Assembly (NCBI GenBank): GCA_965368975.1
Contig: CBDUPA010000012.1
Location: forward strand, 128,001-192,000
Length of the DNA: 64,000 bases
Source: an uncultured bacterium
Lineage (GTDB): Bacteria; Acidobacteriota; Thermoanaerobaculia; Multivoradales; JAHZIX01
Reading direction: 5' to 3'
Shown here one piece after another: positions 61,676-64,000 of this stretch (the stretch's first letter is position 1; every line of letters begins with the position of its first letter). The position numbers were made by a program, and so were the translations under genes. The notes below the pieces were generated by a model. It worked only from the letters and a program-made list of their open reading frames with translations, made no database searches and was not told where the DNA came from.

Positions 61676-62218
61676 ATGACCTCCGGAAGCGCGCTCAGTT
61701 CTGCTCTGCGCCTCTTGGTCATCCTGATCGTCCTGGTCGTCGGCGGTCAATTCGCCTACGAGCAATACCAAGCCCGCAGTGGCGGCGGTGGAGAGTCGGA
61801 CACGTGGCAGGTCGAGACGGATTTCCTCGACATCGAGTCCGGGGCGTGCGGCGATCAGGATCGCAGCATCGAGGCGGCTTGGGAGATCTCGGCAAATGGC
61901 CAGGATCTGTCGACCGCGGAGGATCTCTCGGCCAACCGGGGCCGGCGCTCGGGCCGCGTGACGCTGAGCGGCAAGTCCTATACCTGGAACTCTCTCACGG
62001 ATCCCCGGCTACGGATTGCGGGCTGGGTGTGCGATCTGGACAGCGGCAGCTGCGGTTGGATGGGGCAGTTCAGCGCCGAGTTCCAGGTGCGGGGCGGCCG
62101 TGTCGAACCGAAGAGCGGTGACGTCGAGCGGCTGTCGGGCGGTCGCTTCGCCATTCCCGTGCCGTCCCTGGAAACGGCCTGCGAGATGTCGGTCGTGGTC
62201 CGGTTCCGCGCCAGGTGA
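61676..62218 (+). CDS. Membrane-anchored/secreted hypothetical protein
   Basis: N-terminal TM, beta-rich 4-Cys body, GC3-rich codons. Confidence 0.65.
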   Translation: MTSGSALSSALRLLVILIVLVVGGQFAYEQYQARSGGGGESDTWQVETDFLDIESGACGDQDRSIEAAWEISANGQDLSTAEDLSANRGRRSGRVTLSGKSYTWNSLTDPRLRIAGWVCDLDSGSCGWMGQFSAEFQVRGGRVEPKSGDVERLSGGRFAIPVPSLETACEMSVVVRFRAR

Positions 62219-62346
62219 CGGTGGAGTTGGGGCAATACCAAGGCCCGGTGCCTAAACCAACTACCAGGCCGAAGCCCTACGCAGGCTGCGGGGAGTTACG
62301 CGGAGGTCACCGAGGGCCAGTGTGGGAAATCGCTAGCGACCCTCCT

Positions 62347-63450
62347 CTACTCCCGCACCAACCGCAACCGCATCACCACCCCCGGTGACGTCTCTTCCGC
62401 ATAGTCGAAGCGCAGCAGCACGATCTCTTCTTCCCCCTCGTCCCCCACCACCGCGACGTCCCCGCGCAGCAGATCTCCTCCCGACTCTGACGCCACCGGC
62501 AGGTGCACCTCTTCCGGCCCCGTCTCGCTGTCGCCCAGCAGCACCAGTCGCCAGCGCACGCCGGCACCGCGGGCGCGGCGTACGACCAGAGCAGGACCGT
62601 TTCGGAAGGGCAGGATCTCGTCGACGACTTTGTGACCGTTACGCCACTGCGCGCGAGCTGCGAGGGACCACTGCATCATGTAGCTCTCACGCTCGCTGAG
62701 GTCGCAGTCGCCGAAGAGGCCGAGGGTTTCGCTGGTCCATTGACGCTGGAGCTGGCGGTCGGGGCCGTAGTGGTAGACGCCGTCTTCGACGCCTGGCACG
62801 ATCACGAAGCCACCGTCGGGTAGGAAGCGGGCGGCGGAGATCTCGAGGGCGCCGCAGCCTTGGAAGCGCTTGGCGCCGGGACCGTCTTGGGAGGTGTAAG
62901 CGGGCTCTAGGTCGAGGCTCTCGCTGTCCAGGAGCCAGGCGAAGGCGCCGTCGGGGAGGACGGCACCGGTGCGGCCACGACGGCTGCCGAGGAGGAGGAG
63001 ACGGCCATTGGCGTCGATGTCGAGGGCGGCGATCTGGTCGAGGCGGTGGTGGCTGGCGATGTTGAGCAGGGGGCCAGGTGGAGCGCTCAGGCGGCGCCAG
63101 CGCAGCGTGTTGAGTGGGGCGGCGGCGGCGAGGTAGGGAGTGCCGTCCTCAGTCTGGGCAGCGGCCAGGCGGTTGACGGCGGGGAGAGGGAGGTCGACTT
63201 CGGTGACGGTGCCGGTCTTCAGGTCGAGACGCACGACGCCGCGCCGGCCGGTAGCGAGGAAGACTACACTGGCGCTGGCGTCCGCCCAGGCGATGTCGGT
63301 GGTCGGGCCGAGGTTGCCGGGGAGGTCGTGTTCGCTGAGCAGGTCGACGTGGTCGGCAGCTGGTGCCACGGACGCCAGCGAGGCTGCGAGCAGGGCGGGG
63401 GCGAGGAGGGTGCGGAGTCGCCGATGTCCGGGAGTGGGGCTGCGCGGCAT
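62347..63450 (-). CDS. Secreted beta-propeller-like protein
   Basis: Signal peptide (LLAPALLAASLASVAPA); blade-like repeats. Confidence 0.6.
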   Translation of the reverse strand: MPRSPTPGHRRLRTLLAPALLAASLASVAPAADHVDLLSEHDLPGNLGPTTDIAWADASASVVFLATGRRGVVRLDLKTGTVTEVDLPLPAVNRLAAAQTEDGTPYLAAAAPLNTLRWRRLSAPPGPLLNIASHHRLDQIAALDIDANGRLLLLGSRRGRTGAVLPDGAFAWLLDSESLDLEPAYTSQDGPGAKRFQGCGALEISAARFLPDGGFVIVPGVEDGVYHYGPDRQLQRQWTSETLGLFGDCDLSERESYMMQWSLAARAQWRNGHKVVDEILPFRNGPALVVRRARGAGVRWRLVLLGDSETGPEEVHLPVASESGGDLLRGDVAVVGDEGEEEIVLLRFDYAEETSPGVVMRLRLVRE

Positions 63451-63460
63451 GGTGCCGGGC

Positions 63461-63934
63461 TCAGGCGTCCGGCGCAACGACGTATTCGGAGATCACCCAA
63501 CGCTCGCCGTCATGCCGGACCTGCCAGTGTTCCTTGTACACCGCTTCGAACGGCTGACCACTGGCGAACACCGCCTTCCAGCGCAGTCGGAAGTCGACGT
63601 TGAAGCTGCCACCTTCAGCTTCTGTGATCTCCAACTCCAGCGGCTCGTGCGTCGCGCTCTGGACGCTCTGTGCCGTACCCGCGTGCCACTGCTGGAAGCC
63701 TTCGCGGCCGGCGAACGGGTTCCCCAGGACGTTCATCTGAAAGCCTTCGGCGGCGACGTGCGGCAGCAGCTGCTCGAGCGGTGCGTCGGCGTCGAGGGCA
63801 GTGAACCAGTCGGTGAAGAAGGCTTCGAGCCCTTCCTGCGTCGCGGGGCGGGTGGGGAAGTGATCGTCGGCGTGCAGGGTGGTGGGGAGGAGGGTGAGGA
63901 GGAGGACGGTGAGGATGCAGAGCGCGCGGTGCAT
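63461..63934 (-). CDS. Secreted NTF2/SnoaL-like protein
   Basis: Signal peptide; F..WF.ALD...GREGF..W......H...W.I..Y; RBS aaggaga. Confidence 0.75.
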   Translation of the reverse strand: MHRALCILTVLLLTLLPTTLHADDHFPTRPATQEGLEAFFTDWFTALDADAPLEQLLPHVAAEGFQMNVLGNPFAGREGFQQWHAGTAQSVQSATHEPLELEITEAEGGSFNVDFRLRWKAVFASGQPFEAVYKEHWQVRHDGERWVISEYVVAPDA

Positions 63935-64000
63935 GGGGGCTTCTCCTTGTCAGATCTTCTTGTGTATCCGGGGTCTTGGCCAGGCTATCGATCCTACAAT

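Overview
GC-rich bacterial window. The gene families (IPTL-CTERM-like tail, KL.L.RETL RiPP leader, STK-TPR, TLPSH sulfatase) suggest Acidobacteriota/Thermoanaerobaculia, which is an inference. Positions 1-33 kb look like a defence/conflict island with four parts: (i) a 5'-truncated membrane-anchored degenerate tubulin-like protein coupled to a membrane-anchored degenerate YprA/DUF1998 helicase; (ii) two low-GC membrane-protein genes; (iii) a four-gene DISARM-related (ARMADA-like) operon of SNF2 helicase, N6-adenine MTase, YprA/DUF1998 helicase-nuclease and RelE-UvrD; (iv) a divergent five-gene operon of TPR-histidine kinase, REC-HK, REC protein, NDT-like/TPR/S1 protein and CHAT protease. Next come a periplasmic redox-like cluster (CxxCH protein, Tat PQQ propeller, MntP, GSDH propeller, small frameshifted protein), a Ser/Thr kinase-TPR, an orphan lanthipeptide-like precursor, a sulfatase-like protein, an aldehyde dehydrogenase, lepA and a truncated S8 protease. 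A ~10 kb segment bounded by a 53-bp direct repeat carries a type I R-M system and a cassette of two tandem 10-Cys secreted peptides, a beta-propeller and a CarboxypepD-like protein. No rRNA, tRNA, CRISPR array, integrase or transposase was recognised. All calls come from reading motifs by eye; no database searches were run.
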